The position numbers and the translations under genes were made by a program. From the NCBI GenBank assembly GCA_963805625.1, contig CAWDVE010000010.1, forward strand, positions 1,920,001 to 1,984,000: a DNA stretch of 64,000 nucleotides, written 5' to 3'. How positions within the stretch are numbered: the stretch's first letter is position 1; each line of letters begins with the position of its first letter. Source of the stretch: an uncultured Candidatus Rokubacteria bacterium (GTDB lineage: Bacteria > Methylomirabilota > Methylomirabilia > Rokubacteriales > DASRDR01). Under the pieces are notes generated by a model. That model saw nothing but the letters and a program-made list of their open reading frames with translations, was not told the DNA's origin and ran no database searches. This document shows positions 9,404 through 19,898 of this stretch, piece after piece.

Positions 9404-10819
9404 TTGAGCGCGTGGGACGTCCGCCCCGACGGCGGCGACCGGCGGACGAAGATCGTCGCGACGATTGGCCCTGCCACCTCCACCGAGGGGGCGCTGCGGG
9501 CCCTCGTCCAGGCGGGGATGAACGTGGCCCGACTCAACTTCTCCCACGGGACCCCGGAGGGGCACCTTGAGACGATCCTCCGGCTTCGGCGCGTTGCCGG
9601 GGCGCTCGAGGTCCCGATCGCCATTCTCCAGGACCTCACCGGCCCCAAGGTCCGGATTGGCGAGTTCGCGGCCGGGACGGTGGATCTCCACCCCGGAGCG
9701 CCATTCACGCTGACGACGCGCGCGATCCTGGGCAGTCCCGACGCCGTCTCCGTGTCATATGCCCGACTGCCGGAGGCGGTCGCGCCCGAGGACCGGCTTC
9801 TCCTGGCCGACGGTGTCATCGAGCTCCTCGTCCAGGAGGTCGAGGGGTCCGAGATCCGCTGCACGGTGGTCACCGGCGGCACGCTCTCCGCACGCAAGGG
9901 GGTGAACGTCCCGTCGGGTCTCCCCGACCTCCCGATCCTCGGCGAGAAGGATCTCAGGGATCTCCGCTTCGGGTTGCAGCACGACGTGGACTACGTCGGG
10001 CTGTCGTTCGTCCGGACGGCCGAGGATGTTCGGACGGCCAAGCGCGAGATCGCCGGGCTCGGCGGCAGCGCGCCGGTGATCGCGAAGATCGAGACCCGGT
10101 CGGCGCTGGACCACCTGGACGAGATCCTGGCCGAGGCCGACGGGGCGATGTTGGCCCGCGGCGACCTGAGCATCGAGACCTCCTTCACGCGTGTGCCCAT
10201 CGTCCAGAAGGTGGTGATCGCCGAGGCCAACCGGCGCGCCAAACCGGCCATCACGGCAACGCAGATGCTCTACTCGATGGTCGAGTCCCCGACGCCCACG
10301 CGCGCCGAGGTGGCGGATGTGGCCAACGCCATCGTGGACGGCAGCGACGCCGTCATGCTCTCGGAGGAGACGGCGGTGGGACGCCACCCCGTGCGCGCGC
10401 TCCAGACGATGGCGGCGATCGCGGCGGAGACCGATCGCGCCGGACTCTCACGGGCTGGGGGGACGATCGACGCGCCCGGCCTCCCTCGGACCGAGCACGA
10501 CGCCGTCGTCGAAGCCGCGTCCCGACTGGCCGCCCGCCTGAACGTGGACGTGATCGCCACCATCACGCGGGACGGGGAGACCGCGCGCCTGGCCGCGAGG
10601 TACCGGCCGCGGCAGCCGATCCTCGCCATCACACCCCGCGCCGCGACCTTTCACCGGCTGGCGCTCGTCCGGGGGGTCGTGCCCGTCCTGCTCCCGACGA
10701 GCGGCGAGACGCCCGAGGCGATGCTGGGAGCGGCGCGGGCGGTCGCCCACCAGCACGGCTGGGGCGGGCGGCCGGCCATCTTCGTCGCTCGGGACCTCGT
10801 GCGGTGCATGACGGTCTGA
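9404..10819 (+). CDS. pyk: Pyruvate kinase
   Basis: RRTKIVATIGPA, ARLNFSHG, IAKIE, ARGDL, ATQML, DAVMLSEETA. Confidence 0.97.
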   Translation: MSAWDVRPDGGDRRTKIVATIGPATSTEGALRALVQAGMNVARLNFSHGTPEGHLETILRLRRVAGALEVPIAILQDLTGPKVRIGEFAAGTVDLHPGAPFTLTTRAILGSPDAVSVSYARLPEAVAPEDRLLLADGVIELLVQEVEGSEIRCTVVTGGTLSARKGVNVPSGLPDLPILGEKDLRDLRFGLQHDVDYVGLSFVRTAEDVRTAKREIAGLGGSAPVIAKIETRSALDHLDEILAEADGAMLARGDLSIETSFTRVPIVQKVVIAEANRRAKPAITATQMLYSMVESPTPTRAEVADVANAIVDGSDAVMLSEETAVGRHPVRALQTMAAIAAETDRAGLSRAGGTIDAPGLPRTEHDAVVEAASRLAARLNVDVIATITRDGETARLAARYRPRQPILAITPRAATFHRLALVRGVVPVLLPTSGETPEAMLGAARAVAHQHGWGGRPAIFVARDLVRCMTV

Positions 10820-11010
10820 GGACCGCTCCCGTTGCGGCGTATCCGGCAGTCAAGTCGATGCGAGCGTTCCCCGGCGAGCGCTTGACGGCTCACCCGCCAT
10901 TGGTGAGGATGCCCTGGTCGGCGGGCGGAGGCTCGACGCGCCCCGTCACGGTGAGGCGGGTGCGGACAAACCTCCCGTTGGCGGGCGTGGAAAGGCGAAT
11001 CGGCGTGTCG

Positions 11011-12102
11011 ATGGTGGGCGGCTCAGCGGGACGTGCGTGCCGGTGGTCTGCGCCGCTGAGCGTCATCTGTCTTCTGCTGGTCCACGCGTCCGCCCTCGCC
11101 CAGGCGCCGCCTCCGACGGTCTCGACGGCCGCCACCCTCACCGTGCTCGGAGGGACGGTGGACCTCGTGCGGGCCGACGGCGGGCGGGCCACCGCCGCCA
11201 GCGGGACCAGCCTGTCGGTGGGAGACCGCATTCTCACCGGGCCCGACGCCCGGGCCCTGATCACCTTCCTCGACGGCACCACCGTGACCGTCGAGCCGCG
11301 CTCCGAGATCACCGTCCAGGCGATGGACGTGGGCGGGCGCGAGCGCTCGAACATTCAGATCCTCATCACGGCCGGAACCGTGTGGGCCCGCATCGCCAAC
11401 CTTCTCAGCGGTCGGGGGACCGTGTCGCTCGCGTCCAACACCCACGCGGCGATCGCGCGTGATGGACTGATCGGGGCCGAGTCCCGGCGGGACGGGACCT
11501 TCGTGTGCTGGACTCGGGCGGGGACCGTGCAGCTCGTCGATGCGGGCGGAGCGGCCCAGGGCCTCCTCGACCCGGGACAGAAGGCGACCATTCCCGGTCG
11601 GGGGCGACCGGTGACCGAGGCCTTCTCGGTGCACCGGAGCGTCGTCGAGGTCGCCGCGCGGGGGCCCGTCTGGCCGCTGGTCGTCATGCCGGACGGCGTC
11701 CGCCTGGCGGGCTTCGTGGCCCCGGGGATCGAGGTGAACCAGGTGTTCGGCTCGCTGAGCGCACGTCGCGAGGGCGAGACGCGGATCGTGGAGGTCCCGG
11801 GCGGCTTGCCGGGCCCCTACCAGGTCCTCCTGACGGGCATCGCGGACGGGGCCTTCGCGGTCACGGTCACCGGGCGGGTCCGGGGGAGGGCGGTCTTCGA
11901 GCGGAAATGGGCCGGCCCCATCGCGCGCGGGCAGCGTCTGGCCGGCGGGGTGGTCCAGGACTTCGACGTGCGGCAGAGCGTCCCGGCCAGCGAGGCGGAG
12001 GTGCTCTACGGGATGGTCTCGTCGCTCCGGCCGGACCGCGATCCGACGCCCGGCTTCGTGCTGCTCTCGCCCCTCGAGGTGGCGGCGACGGAGCGGCGGT
12101 AG
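11011..12102 (+). CDS. Exported FecR-domain protein
   Basis: Signal peptide (ALA-Q); G.SLSVGDRILTGPDARALITFLDGTTVTV..SEI FecR pattern. Confidence 0.8.
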   Translation: MVGGSAGRACRWSAPLSVICLLLVHASALAQAPPPTVSTAATLTVLGGTVDLVRADGGRATAASGTSLSVGDRILTGPDARALITFLDGTTVTVEPRSEITVQAMDVGGRERSNIQILITAGTVWARIANLLSGRGTVSLASNTHAAIARDGLIGAESRRDGTFVCWTRAGTVQLVDAGGAAQGLLDPGQKATIPGRGRPVTEAFSVHRSVVEVAARGPVWPLVVMPDGVRLAGFVAPGIEVNQVFGSLSARREGETRIVEVPGGLPGPYQVLLTGIADGAFAVTVTGRVRGRAVFERKWAGPIARGQRLAGGVVQDFDVRQSVPASEAEVLYGMVSSLRPDRDPTPGFVLLSPLEVAATERR

Positions 12103-12106
12103 GGGC

Positions 12107-14254
12107 CTACTTCGTCTTGGCGACCCACACCCCGTCCCAGTCGCTCGCCGGGGGCCGCTCCAGGAGCTCGCGGGCGCGGCGGCGGTACAGCGCGACGGGC
12201 CCGTCGTCGGGAGCGGTCCCCGCGAGCTCCTCGAAGAGCGCCGTGGCCTCCGCCCAGCGGCGATTCCTGTACAGCGCCACGCCGCGCTCGTATCGCGTGA
12301 GAACCTCCCGCCGCTCGGGCGACAGGCTGCCGGCCCGTCCCACCAGCTCGTAGACCTGGACGGGCTCGGCCCGGCCCTTCACGGCTACCAGATCGAGGAA
12401 GCGGTACTCGAAGGCCTCGCCGGCCGCCTGCCGGGTGGCGTCGCCGATCACGATGTGCACGCCGTACGCCTTGCTCAGCCCTTCGAGCCGGGAGGCGACG
12501 TTGACCGGATCGCCGACGGCGGTGTAGGCGAGTCGGTCCCGGGATCCCAGGTTCCCGACGATCGCAATGCCGGTGTTGAGCCCGATCCCCATGTCGAGCT
12601 CGCCCCAGCCGTGCGCCGCGAACTCGCGCCGGAGGGCCCCGAGCGCGTCGATCATCTCCAGGGCGGCCTCGCACGCTCGGCGAGCGTGGTCGGGCTGGGT
12701 CATGGGCGCGTTCCAGAACGCTTCGAGGCCGTCCCCGGCGTAGTGGGCGAGCACGCCGTCATGCCGGAACACGATCGCGGTCATCTCGGTCATGTGGTCG
12801 TTCAGCAGCGCCACGAGGGTCTCGGGGGGGAGCGCGTGCGCGTGCGTCGTGAAATTGCGGAGATCGCTGAAGAGGACGGTCATCTCGCGACGCTCGCCCC
12901 CCAGGCGCAGCCGACGCGGGTCGGCCAGCACCCACCGGCTGACCGAGGGTGAGAGGTAGCGGGCCATCGCCTCCCGGATCCGCCGCTGCTCGGCCTGCTC
13001 GAACACGACGCGGTCCACGAGCGCCACGACGAATGTCAGGAGGAGCGCGGCGGGCGGGAGCACCAGGTCCAGGATGACGCCCGCTTCGAGCAAGAGGCTC
13101 GCCGCGATCAGGTACAGGCCGAGCATGCCGAGGACGAGCAGCCCCATGCCCAGCGGGCGCCGCCCGGCCGCGAGGAGCCCCGCGAGGAGCGCCAGGGCGA
13201 AGATCAGCGCGACGACGGCGGGGCGCGGCGCGGACACGAGGAAGCGCTGGTGCAAGAGCGTCTCGATCGCACTGCCGAGGATCTCGACCCCCCACATCCG
13301 TCGATCGCCCGTCGTCGGGGTGGGATGCTCGTCGACCCCCGGGGTCGTGAATCCCACGAGGACGATCTTGTCCTGCACCCACTGAGGATCGAAAGCGCCG
13401 TCGAGGACGTCCACCAGCGGGATGATGCGGAACGGCCCGCTCCCGCCCGGGTCGGACGGGGGGCCGAGGAAGTTGATGAGCATGGAGTCACGCTCGGCGA
13501 CCGGGATCGCGCGTCCCGCGGCGAAGACCGGACCGCCCGACGGCATCGCGTCGATGACACGCTCGCGCCGGGTGTACCGGGCCACGACGACGAGGGCGAA
13601 GCTGGGAACCTGCTCGTCACCGGCCCGGAGCACGAGCGGCAGGCTGCGCACCACACCGTCCCGGGCGGCCGTCACGTTCACGACGCCCTCGTCGAGGCGC
13701 GCGTCCCGAACAGCGTGAGTGGGACGGACGAACCGTTCGAACTCCTGGGCGACGCCCGGACGCGGACCGAAGGCCCGCGCCCCCTGCGCGACCACCGGGG
13801 TGATCACGTTGCCGGCGCGCCGGAGCGTGGTCGCCAGCGCCTCGTCGTCCGCCCGCGGGGCGTCGAACAGCACGGCCAGGCCGAGCAGCCTCGGAGAGGT
13901 CGCGCGGAGTGCCTCGATGGCCTGCGCGTAGAGCGATCGCGGCCACGTCGCGACCGGGCCGTAGCGAGGCCTGAGACGCTGCGCGCTGCGCTCGTCGACG
14001 CCCACGATCACCGTCGCGGTCGCCGGCCGGACCGGCCGCGCGAGCAGCAGGAGGTCCATGGCGCGTGCACGGGCGGCCGCCATCGTGTCGAACAGGAAGG
14101 CCCCGGTCAGCAGGCCGGCGACCGCCAGGGCGAGGAGCGCGGTCCTGAGCAGTCGCACTCGCGGGAGGCGCCCCGGAGCCGCGCCCGACGGACGGGCGTC
14201 GGACGCCGGCGCCGAGCGACCGGGTGGGCCGGGTGCGGGTGGCAGCGAGGTCAC
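12107..14254 (-). CDS. CHASE2-domain class III adenylate/guanylate cyclase
   Basis: CHASE2 (IVGVDERS, WPRSLYA, DGVVR, DKIVLVG), TM helices, LFSDLRNFT / GDGL / NVASRLE; start uncertain (14158 or 14254). Confidence 0.9.
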   Translation of the reverse strand: MTSLPPAPGPPGRSAPASDARPSGAAPGRLPRVRLLRTALLALAVAGLLTGAFLFDTMAAARARAMDLLLLARPVRPATATVIVGVDERSAQRLRPRYGPVATWPRSLYAQAIEALRATSPRLLGLAVLFDAPRADDEALATTLRRAGNVITPVVAQGARAFGPRPGVAQEFERFVRPTHAVRDARLDEGVVNVTAARDGVVRSLPLVLRAGDEQVPSFALVVVARYTRRERVIDAMPSGGPVFAAGRAIPVAERDSMLINFLGPPSDPGGSGPFRIIPLVDVLDGAFDPQWVQDKIVLVGFTTPGVDEHPTPTTGDRRMWGVEILGSAIETLLHQRFLVSAPRPAVVALIFALALLAGLLAAGRRPLGMGLLVLGMLGLYLIAASLLLEAGVILDLVLPPAALLLTFVVALVDRVVFEQAEQRRIREAMARYLSPSVSRWVLADPRRLRLGGERREMTVLFSDLRNFTTHAHALPPETLVALLNDHMTEMTAIVFRHDGVLAHYAGDGLEAFWNAPMTQPDHARRACEAALEMIDALGALRREFAAHGWGELDMGIGLNTGIAIVGNLGSRDRLAYTAVGDPVNVASRLEGLSKAYGVHIVIGDATRQAAGEAFEYRFLDLVAVKGRAEPVQVYELVGRAGSLSPERREVLTRYERGVALYRNRRWAEATALFEELAGTAPDDGPVALYRRRARELLERPPASDWDGVWVAKTK

Positions 14255-14336
14255 TGGTGCCGGGGCTCGGGTGGACGCCACCGTCCAACTCAATATACGC
14301 CGAACGCCGACCCCCGGGAGCGAGCCGAGGCACGAC

Positions 14337-14561
14337 GACTTCACCGACGTGACCGAGTTGCCCAAGGCCGTGATCGATCGGCTGCGCCACGACTTCCTGA
14401 CTTACAAGCTCCTGACCTACAAGGCGATCCCCCGGTGAGGCGGACGCACGGATCACCGTCGACGATCCGGTCTACAGCGCGGAAGCGGCTCGCAGCATCC
14501 TTGCCGCTGCGCGATGTGACTACGACGACGAGTACCCCTCGCGGAAGACACGGTAACGACC
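14337..14561 (+). pseudogene. ppa: Degenerate duplicate of the ppa 3' end (copy of 9058-9263)
   Basis: gacttcaccgacgtgaccgag...gcggaagac.cggta.cgacc is collinear with 9058-9263, with indels and an internal ctgac(t/c)tacaag duplication. Confidence 0.9.
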
Positions 14562-14680
14562 CTCCGCGACCGCTCACCTTGGGCGGGTACGGCGCCGAGC
14601 GCCGGGCGGCAGCCCACCCCGCGTCGAGCGGGTGTCCGGCGGCTTTGCCCCGCGGGACTACGGCAGGGTCGACCACTGGC

Positions 14681-14744
14681 GTGTCCCCGAGGAGATTCGC
14701 AGGCCCGTGGAAAGCAGGTATTTCAAGGGCTTATCAAGATTGCC
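14681..14744 (+). pseudogene. Orphan serine-recombinase C-terminal tail / att remnant
   Basis: gtgtccccgaggagattcgcaggcccgtgg...tttcaagggcttatcaagattgcc aligns with 22236-22297. Confidence 0.6.
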
Positions 14745-15061
14745 TCAGTCCACGCTCCATCCATCTCCTGGCATATCTACGAGTAAGACGAGGCCGCGCA
14801 GGAGTTCTACCTGTCCGACCGAAGACGGGAATGTGGTTGGCGCTCCTGCCAGGCTCTTGACTCGGCGCCGCCCCGCGGTAGAAGAGATGGGTGTAGTCCG
14901 GTAGTCCAGCCGACGATTCCGAGGTACGAGAGCCATGCTCCTGAAGAGGGCTCTGGACTATCCTTCGATGCCCCCGGTGGCCGTTGGGACCATGCGGGGG
15001 CGTTTGTGCTGGGGTGTCTGCTTCCCTCTCTAAACAGCCGACTTGGCGGAGGAACTCAACC

Positions 15062-15478
15062 ATGGCGTCGATGGCGAAAGTCGCTAAGGAATTCTTCGAG
15101 GCCTGTGAAGCCGGCAAGGGATGGGAGGCGTGCAGACAGTACTGTAAGCCGGGCGCCACGTTTTCTGCGCAAGCCGAGCCGCTTGCCGAGATTCGGAGCC
15201 TGCAACAGTATACGGATTGGATGAAAGGTTTGCTGACCTTCATACCCGATGGCCGGTACGAGCTGAAGTCCTTTGCGACCGATGACCAGCGGCACAACGT
15301 CTGCGCGTACGGCGTGTTCATGGGGACGCACACTGGCCCCGGTGGACCCTGCCCACCCACCGGCAAGCGCGTGAAGACCGACTACGTGTACGTGATGGAC
15401 TTTGATGGGGACAAGATCCGGCACATGACGAAGATTTGGCACTCCGGCCTGGCCGTCAAGGAGCTTGGCTGGGCCTAG
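15062..15478 (+). CDS. SnoaL-like / ester cyclase (NTF2 fold)
   Basis: GTHTG.GGPCPPTGK, YVYVMDFDGDKIRHMTKIW; GGAGG RBS. Confidence 0.88.
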   Translation: MASMAKVAKEFFEACEAGKGWEACRQYCKPGATFSAQAEPLAEIRSLQQYTDWMKGLLTFIPDGRYELKSFATDDQRHNVCAYGVFMGTHTGPGGPCPPTGKRVKTDYVYVMDFDGDKIRHMTKIWHSGLAVKELGWA

Positions 15479-15812
15479 CAGACCGACGGCGCCGCACCGA
15501 AGAAGACGGGCTTCTTGCGCGGAACATCGCAGCACGCGTCTGTGCGACTCGGACGACGGTGCGACATCGACGTCGAACCTTGGCCGGGGTCTTCAGCGCC
15601 CGGCCTTCGCTGCGCTCCCGACACCGGGCGACGCCCTTCGAGGTTCCCTCAGGTACAGCCTGGTCGTCACGCGCGGGATCACCTCCGCGACGCTTCAGGA
15701 TCTTCAGGTGTCCCTCGCGCGCCGCGTCTTCGACGGCAGACCGGCCGATGAAGGGGCCTTCCTTCCTCCCGCAGGATTCGGACGAGCCGCGAGGATTCCG
15801 CGAGGACTCCCC

Positions 15813-15842
15813 TTGACGCAGCCGCTCCGCCGATGCTAGCGT
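15813..15842 (+). promoter_or_regulatory. Putative sigma70 promoter of the ABC operon
   Basis: TTGACG-18 nt-TAGCGT with TG extension, upstream of 15924. Confidence 0.35.
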
Positions 15843-15923
15843 CGCCGTCAGCCTCCGGGGAGGTCCCTCCTTGCCGGATATGGCCCGTTCCGAACTTCCT
15901 GTCCGGTGTTGCGGAGGTGAGTT

Positions 15924-17651
15924 ATGGAATGGCGGTTCTTCAGAGCGTCAGGGATTCTCGGCCTCGTCCTCGTAGTAGCTCTGGTCTTGGCCCTCGCGTA
16001 CGGGCCAGCTCCGACTTTGACTTCGATCCCCCTGATCGGGGCGAGTCCGGCGGCGGCTCAAACGCCTGCGGCCAAGTCTGGCGAACCCTTCTACCTGAAG
16101 GCCATTGACCACGAAAAGGCCAAGCGCGGCGGCACCCTGAGGCTGGCGGCGCACGGCCCGCCCTCCATGTTCGACATCTACGCGTCCGGGACCATCGCCA
16201 ACGTCGGCGCCCAGGCGCCCATGTACGACCTGCTGGTGCGACAGGACCCGCGGGACCCGAAGCTGCCCATCATCCCGAGCCTGGCCACCAGCTGGACCAT
16301 CTCCCCCGACGGGATGACCTACACCTTCCACCTGCGAAAGGGCGTCAAGTTCCACGACGGGACGGACTTCGAAGCCGCGGACGTGAAGGCGACCTTCGAC
16401 CGGATCGTCTTCCCACCCCCCAATCTGATCAGCCTGCGGATTCTGCCCATCAAAGAGACCGTGGTGCGCGACCGCTACACCGTCGAGATGAAGCTCTCCG
16501 AGCCCCGGGACTCGTACACCTTCCTCGCCTCTCTCGCCGGGGGCTGGAACGTCATCACCAGCAAGAAGGCCCTCGACCAGCACAAGGGCGACCTGAAGCA
16601 AGTGGACAACTTCCCGGGCACCGGACCCTTCATGCACAAGAGCCGCACGACCGAATCCTGGGAGCAGGTGAGGAACCCCAACTACTGGAACCCCAATGCG
16701 CCCTACGTCGACCGCATCGTCCACGTCTGGCTGAAGGCCTGGACGCCCGAGCTGGCCGCGGCGCTGCTGGGCGGCCAGGTCGACTGGGCGATGTGGCTCG
16801 ACCCCAGCGCGTACCAGAAGGTGAAGGCCAGCGCCAACATGTCCGGCCTCGTCTGGCTGGCGCCGAACCTCTCCTCCTGGATCGGCTTCAACAACGACCG
16901 CGAGCCGTTCAACGACAACCGCGTGCGCCGCGCCCTGCACCTGGCCCTCGACCAGGACGCGCTGAGCAAGATCACCCAGCAGTTCGACCCGACAGCACAG
17001 ATGGCTGACTATCTTCCGCCGCCGTACGGCAAGAGCTACGACGAGCTGATGAAGGAGTACCCCTACGCGCCGGCCACGCGGGAGAAGGCCATCGCCGACG
17101 CCAAGAAGCTCATGGCCGACGCCGGATACGCGAACGGCATCCCCAAGACCTTCAACTTCGTGGTCAGGGAATCCCCGCAGAACCGACAGCTGGCAGCCTA
17201 CGCGCAGGCCGAGTGGGAGCGCCTCCTGGGAGTGAAGACCAACCTCGAGGTGGTGCAGGTCTCCGCGATGGTGGACCGGCAGGTCGCCGGGACGTTCGAC
17301 ATCATCTCTCACGCCACGTGTCTCGGCGGGGCCGACCTGAGCGCCACCATCCGGGCGTGCTACGGCGTCAACAAGACCACGGGCAAGAAGTCGGACAGCA
17401 ACTTCACAAACTTCAAGAACGCCGAGTTCGACAAGGTCCTGAACCAGTTCTCCGTGGAGGTGGACCCGCAGAAGAAACTCCAGCTGGGCCGGCAGCTGAA
17501 CCAGATCCTCAACAACGAGATGCCCAACACCGGCGTGCTCCAGAACGGTAGAGCGTACGGCTGGCACAACAACGTGAGAGGGCTGCCCAAGGTCGGCGGC
17601 AACTCCGACTACAACACCTACCAGTGGGACTTCGTCTGGCTTGACAAGTAG
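15924..17651 (+). CDS. ABC transporter substrate-binding protein, family 5 (Dpp/Opp)
   Basis: [52 protein letters not shown]. Confidence 0.95.
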   Translation: MEWRFFRASGILGLVLVVALVLALAYGPAPTLTSIPLIGASPAAAQTPAAKSGEPFYLKAIDHEKAKRGGTLRLAAHGPPSMFDIYASGTIANVGAQAPMYDLLVRQDPRDPKLPIIPSLATSWTISPDGMTYTFHLRKGVKFHDGTDFEAADVKATFDRIVFPPPNLISLRILPIKETVVRDRYTVEMKLSEPRDSYTFLASLAGGWNVITSKKALDQHKGDLKQVDNFPGTGPFMHKSRTTESWEQVRNPNYWNPNAPYVDRIVHVWLKAWTPELAAALLGGQVDWAMWLDPSAYQKVKASANMSGLVWLAPNLSSWIGFNNDREPFNDNRVRRALHLALDQDALSKITQQFDPTAQMADYLPPPYGKSYDELMKEYPYAPATREKAIADAKKLMADAGYANGIPKTFNFVVRESPQNRQLAAYAQAEWERLLGVKTNLEVVQVSAMVDRQVAGTFDIISHATCLGGADLSATIRACYGVNKTTGKKSDSNFTNFKNAEFDKVLNQFSVEVDPQKKLQLGRQLNQILNNEMPNTGVLQNGRAYGWHNNVRGLPKVGGNSDYNTYQWDFVWLDK

Positions 17652-17658
17652 TTGCCCA

Positions 17659-17686
17659 CGGGGGTGGCGCGTCCGCGCCACCCCCG
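17659..17686 (+). other. GC-rich intercistronic stem-loop
   Basis: cgggggtggcgcg-tc-cgcgccacccccg between the SBP and permease genes, no U-tract. Confidence 0.6.
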
Positions 17687-17716
17687 GTCGTCACATCGCG
17701 TAAGGAGTCGTCAGGG

Positions 17717-18673
17717 GTGCGGACGTACCTGGCCAGACGCCTGTTGCTCGTCGTGCCCACCCTGCTCGGCGTCACCATGGTCATCTTCATCGCCATGCGC
17801 CTGCTCCCGGGCGACCCTCTGGTGGCCATCTTCGGCCTCGAAGGGGCGAGGAGGATGACCGTAGAGCAACGCGCGAACCTGGAGCAGGCCCTGGGACTCC
17901 GCGACCCGTTCGTGGTCCAGTACGGCAAATGGCTCCGGGACATCGGCACCGGCGACTTCGGCAAGTCGTTACTGCGGGGAGACAGCGTCACCCAGTTCGT
18001 GCTGCGTCGCGGCCCCATCACGCTGGAGATAGCATTCCTGGCGACGCTGATCTCCTGGATGGTCGGCTTCCCCGTCGGGATCATCAGCACCCTCAGACCC
18101 AATTCCTGGCTGGATCACGCCGGCAGGATGTTCTCCATTCTGTTCGTCGCCATCCCCGGTTTCTGGCTAGGCCTGGTGGCGGTCCTTACCCTGATACTCT
18201 GGTTCGACTACAAGGCTCCGATTCTGCCCGTGTACCCCTGGGAGAACCCCTGGAAGAACCTTCAGATGGTGGCCGGCCCCGCGCTCGTCCTGGGCCTTGG
18301 ATTTGCGGGGTTCGTGGCGCGGATGGTCCGCTCTTCTCTCCTCGAGGTCATACAGGAGGACTATGTCCGGACGGCCAGGGCGAAGGGCCTGCAGGAGCAG
18401 CTCGTCATCGTCCGACACGGACTTCGCAATGCGATACTCCCGGTGATCACGTGGACCAGCCTCTTCCTGGGCGTCGCCCTGGGTGGCTCGGTCGCGGTCG
18501 AGAAGGCGTTCGGTGTCCCGGGGCTGGGCTTGACCATGATCGACGCCATCCTGGACCGAGACTTGCCCGTGGTCCAGAACCTCGTGCTCCTGTACGCGGT
18601 CGTGTTCGTGGTGGTGAACCTGATCACGGACATGAGCTACGCCTGGCTAGACCCCAGAATACGATACGACTAG
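17717..18673 (+). CDS. ABC permease (DppB/OppB-like)
   Basis: RLLPGDP, GDFGKS, EDYVRTARAKGL, DPRIRY. Confidence 0.95.
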   Translation: MRTYLARRLLLVVPTLLGVTMVIFIAMRLLPGDPLVAIFGLEGARRMTVEQRANLEQALGLRDPFVVQYGKWLRDIGTGDFGKSLLRGDSVTQFVLRRGPITLEIAFLATLISWMVGFPVGIISTLRPNSWLDHAGRMFSILFVAIPGFWLGLVAVLTLILWFDYKAPILPVYPWENPWKNLQMVAGPALVLGLGFAGFVARMVRSSLLEVIQEDYVRTARAKGLQEQLVIVRHGLRNAILPVITWTSLFLGVALGGSVAVEKAFGVPGLGLTMIDAILDRDLPVVQNLVLLYAVVFVVVNLITDMSYAWLDPRIRYD

Positions 18674-18784
18674 GACCGGCCAGCCAAGCATCCCCTGCGA
18701 CGGCTCTCCGCTGAGGGCGCCCTGTGGCAAGCAGGGAGATGCGTGGCCCAGTGAAGACCACCCGAGTTCTCACAGGACAACGAA

Positions 18785-19681
18785 TTGGCGGTCCAGGTCA
18801 GTCTTGAAGAGAGAGTCGTGAGGAAGCCCCTCGAGAGCGACCTCAAGTGGTTGCGGACCTTCGCCCGCCGCTACCCTCTTCCCGCCGCCTGCGGAATCGC
18901 GGCGGTGCTCATCACCCTGCTAGGCATATTCGCTACGCTCGTTTCGCCCGATGACCCCCTTCGGCCCAATGTCCTGGCGCGGGCCCAGGGGCCAAGCTGG
19001 GGGCACTGGCTGGGAACGGATTTCATCGGTAGAGACGTGCTCAGCAGGATACTCCACGGCACCAAATGGTCGCTGTTCGTCGCCGTCACGTCTGTGCTGC
19101 TGGGCACCACGTTGGGAGCGGTGTGGGGGGTCGCCAGCGCCTTTCTCGGCGGCACGTTCGACCTCGTAGCCGAGCGTGTGGTCGAAGTGCTGTTGTCCTT
19201 TCCGCCAATACTCCTGGCGCTGTTGCTCGCCTCGGCCCTTGGAGCGAGTACATGGACGGTCATACTGTCCATCGCCGCCACCAGAGTGGCCTATGGCGCC
19301 CGTATCATCCGGTCCCAGGCCTTGGCCGTGAAGGGGATTCAATACGTCGAAGCCGCCAGAAGCCTCGGGTCCTCCTCCTGGAGAATCATCTTTCTTCACA
19401 TCGCACCCCAGTGCATAGGGCCTTACCTGATTCTCGTCACGACGTCCCTCGGCATCGCCATCGTGCTGGAGGCCACACTGGGCTTCCTTGGCGCCGGAAT
19501 TCCGCCTCCCACGCCGACCTGGGGCAGCATGCTGGGCGACGCGGCCTCCATGCTGATCCCCAAGTGGCACCTGGTTGTCTTTCCAGGGGCAGCCATCGTC
19601 ATCACGGTCCTGGCCTTCAACCAGTTCGGCGACGGCCTGCGCGACGCCCTTGACCCCCGACTCCGCGGCAGCAGCATCTAG
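18785..19681 (+). CDS. ABC permease (DppC/OppC-like)
   Basis: HWLGTDFIGRDVLSR, YVEAARSLG, PTWGSML, GDGLRDALDPR. Confidence 0.95.
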   Translation: MAVQVSLEERVVRKPLESDLKWLRTFARRYPLPAACGIAAVLITLLGIFATLVSPDDPLRPNVLARAQGPSWGHWLGTDFIGRDVLSRILHGTKWSLFVAVTSVLLGTTLGAVWGVASAFLGGTFDLVAERVVEVLLSFPPILLALLLASALGASTWTVILSIAATRVAYGARIIRSQALAVKGIQYVEAARSLGSSSWRIIFLHIAPQCIGPYLILVTTSLGIAIVLEATLGFLGAGIPPPTPTWGSMLGDAASMLIPKWHLVVFPGAAIVITVLAFNQFGDGLRDALDPRLRGSSI

Positions 19682-19898
19682 ACGGACGTTTCTACCGCCC
19701 GCGCCCGCCGATCCGCGTCTCGCCCGCAACCCCCGCACCCGATCGACCCGCTCCGCGGCGCCAAGCACGATACGGGTCGTGCTCTCCCCGCGGGACATGC
19801 CCAGCGATCGCCCTGTCCACCACGCCGAGATCATGAAGACGATGACGCTACCGGCATTGGGGAAGATAGTCGGGCACGCGTGAGCCTTCCGGCGCGTC

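Noticed and set aside
14255-14365. 5' extension of the CHASE2 cyclase ORF
   Set aside because: Runs antisense into the ppa duplicate and a putative promoter; not protein-like.
15948-17681. Long antisense ORFs (this one, 55357..57351, 32511..33563 and similar)
   Set aside because: Expected antisense shadows of high-GC3 genes.
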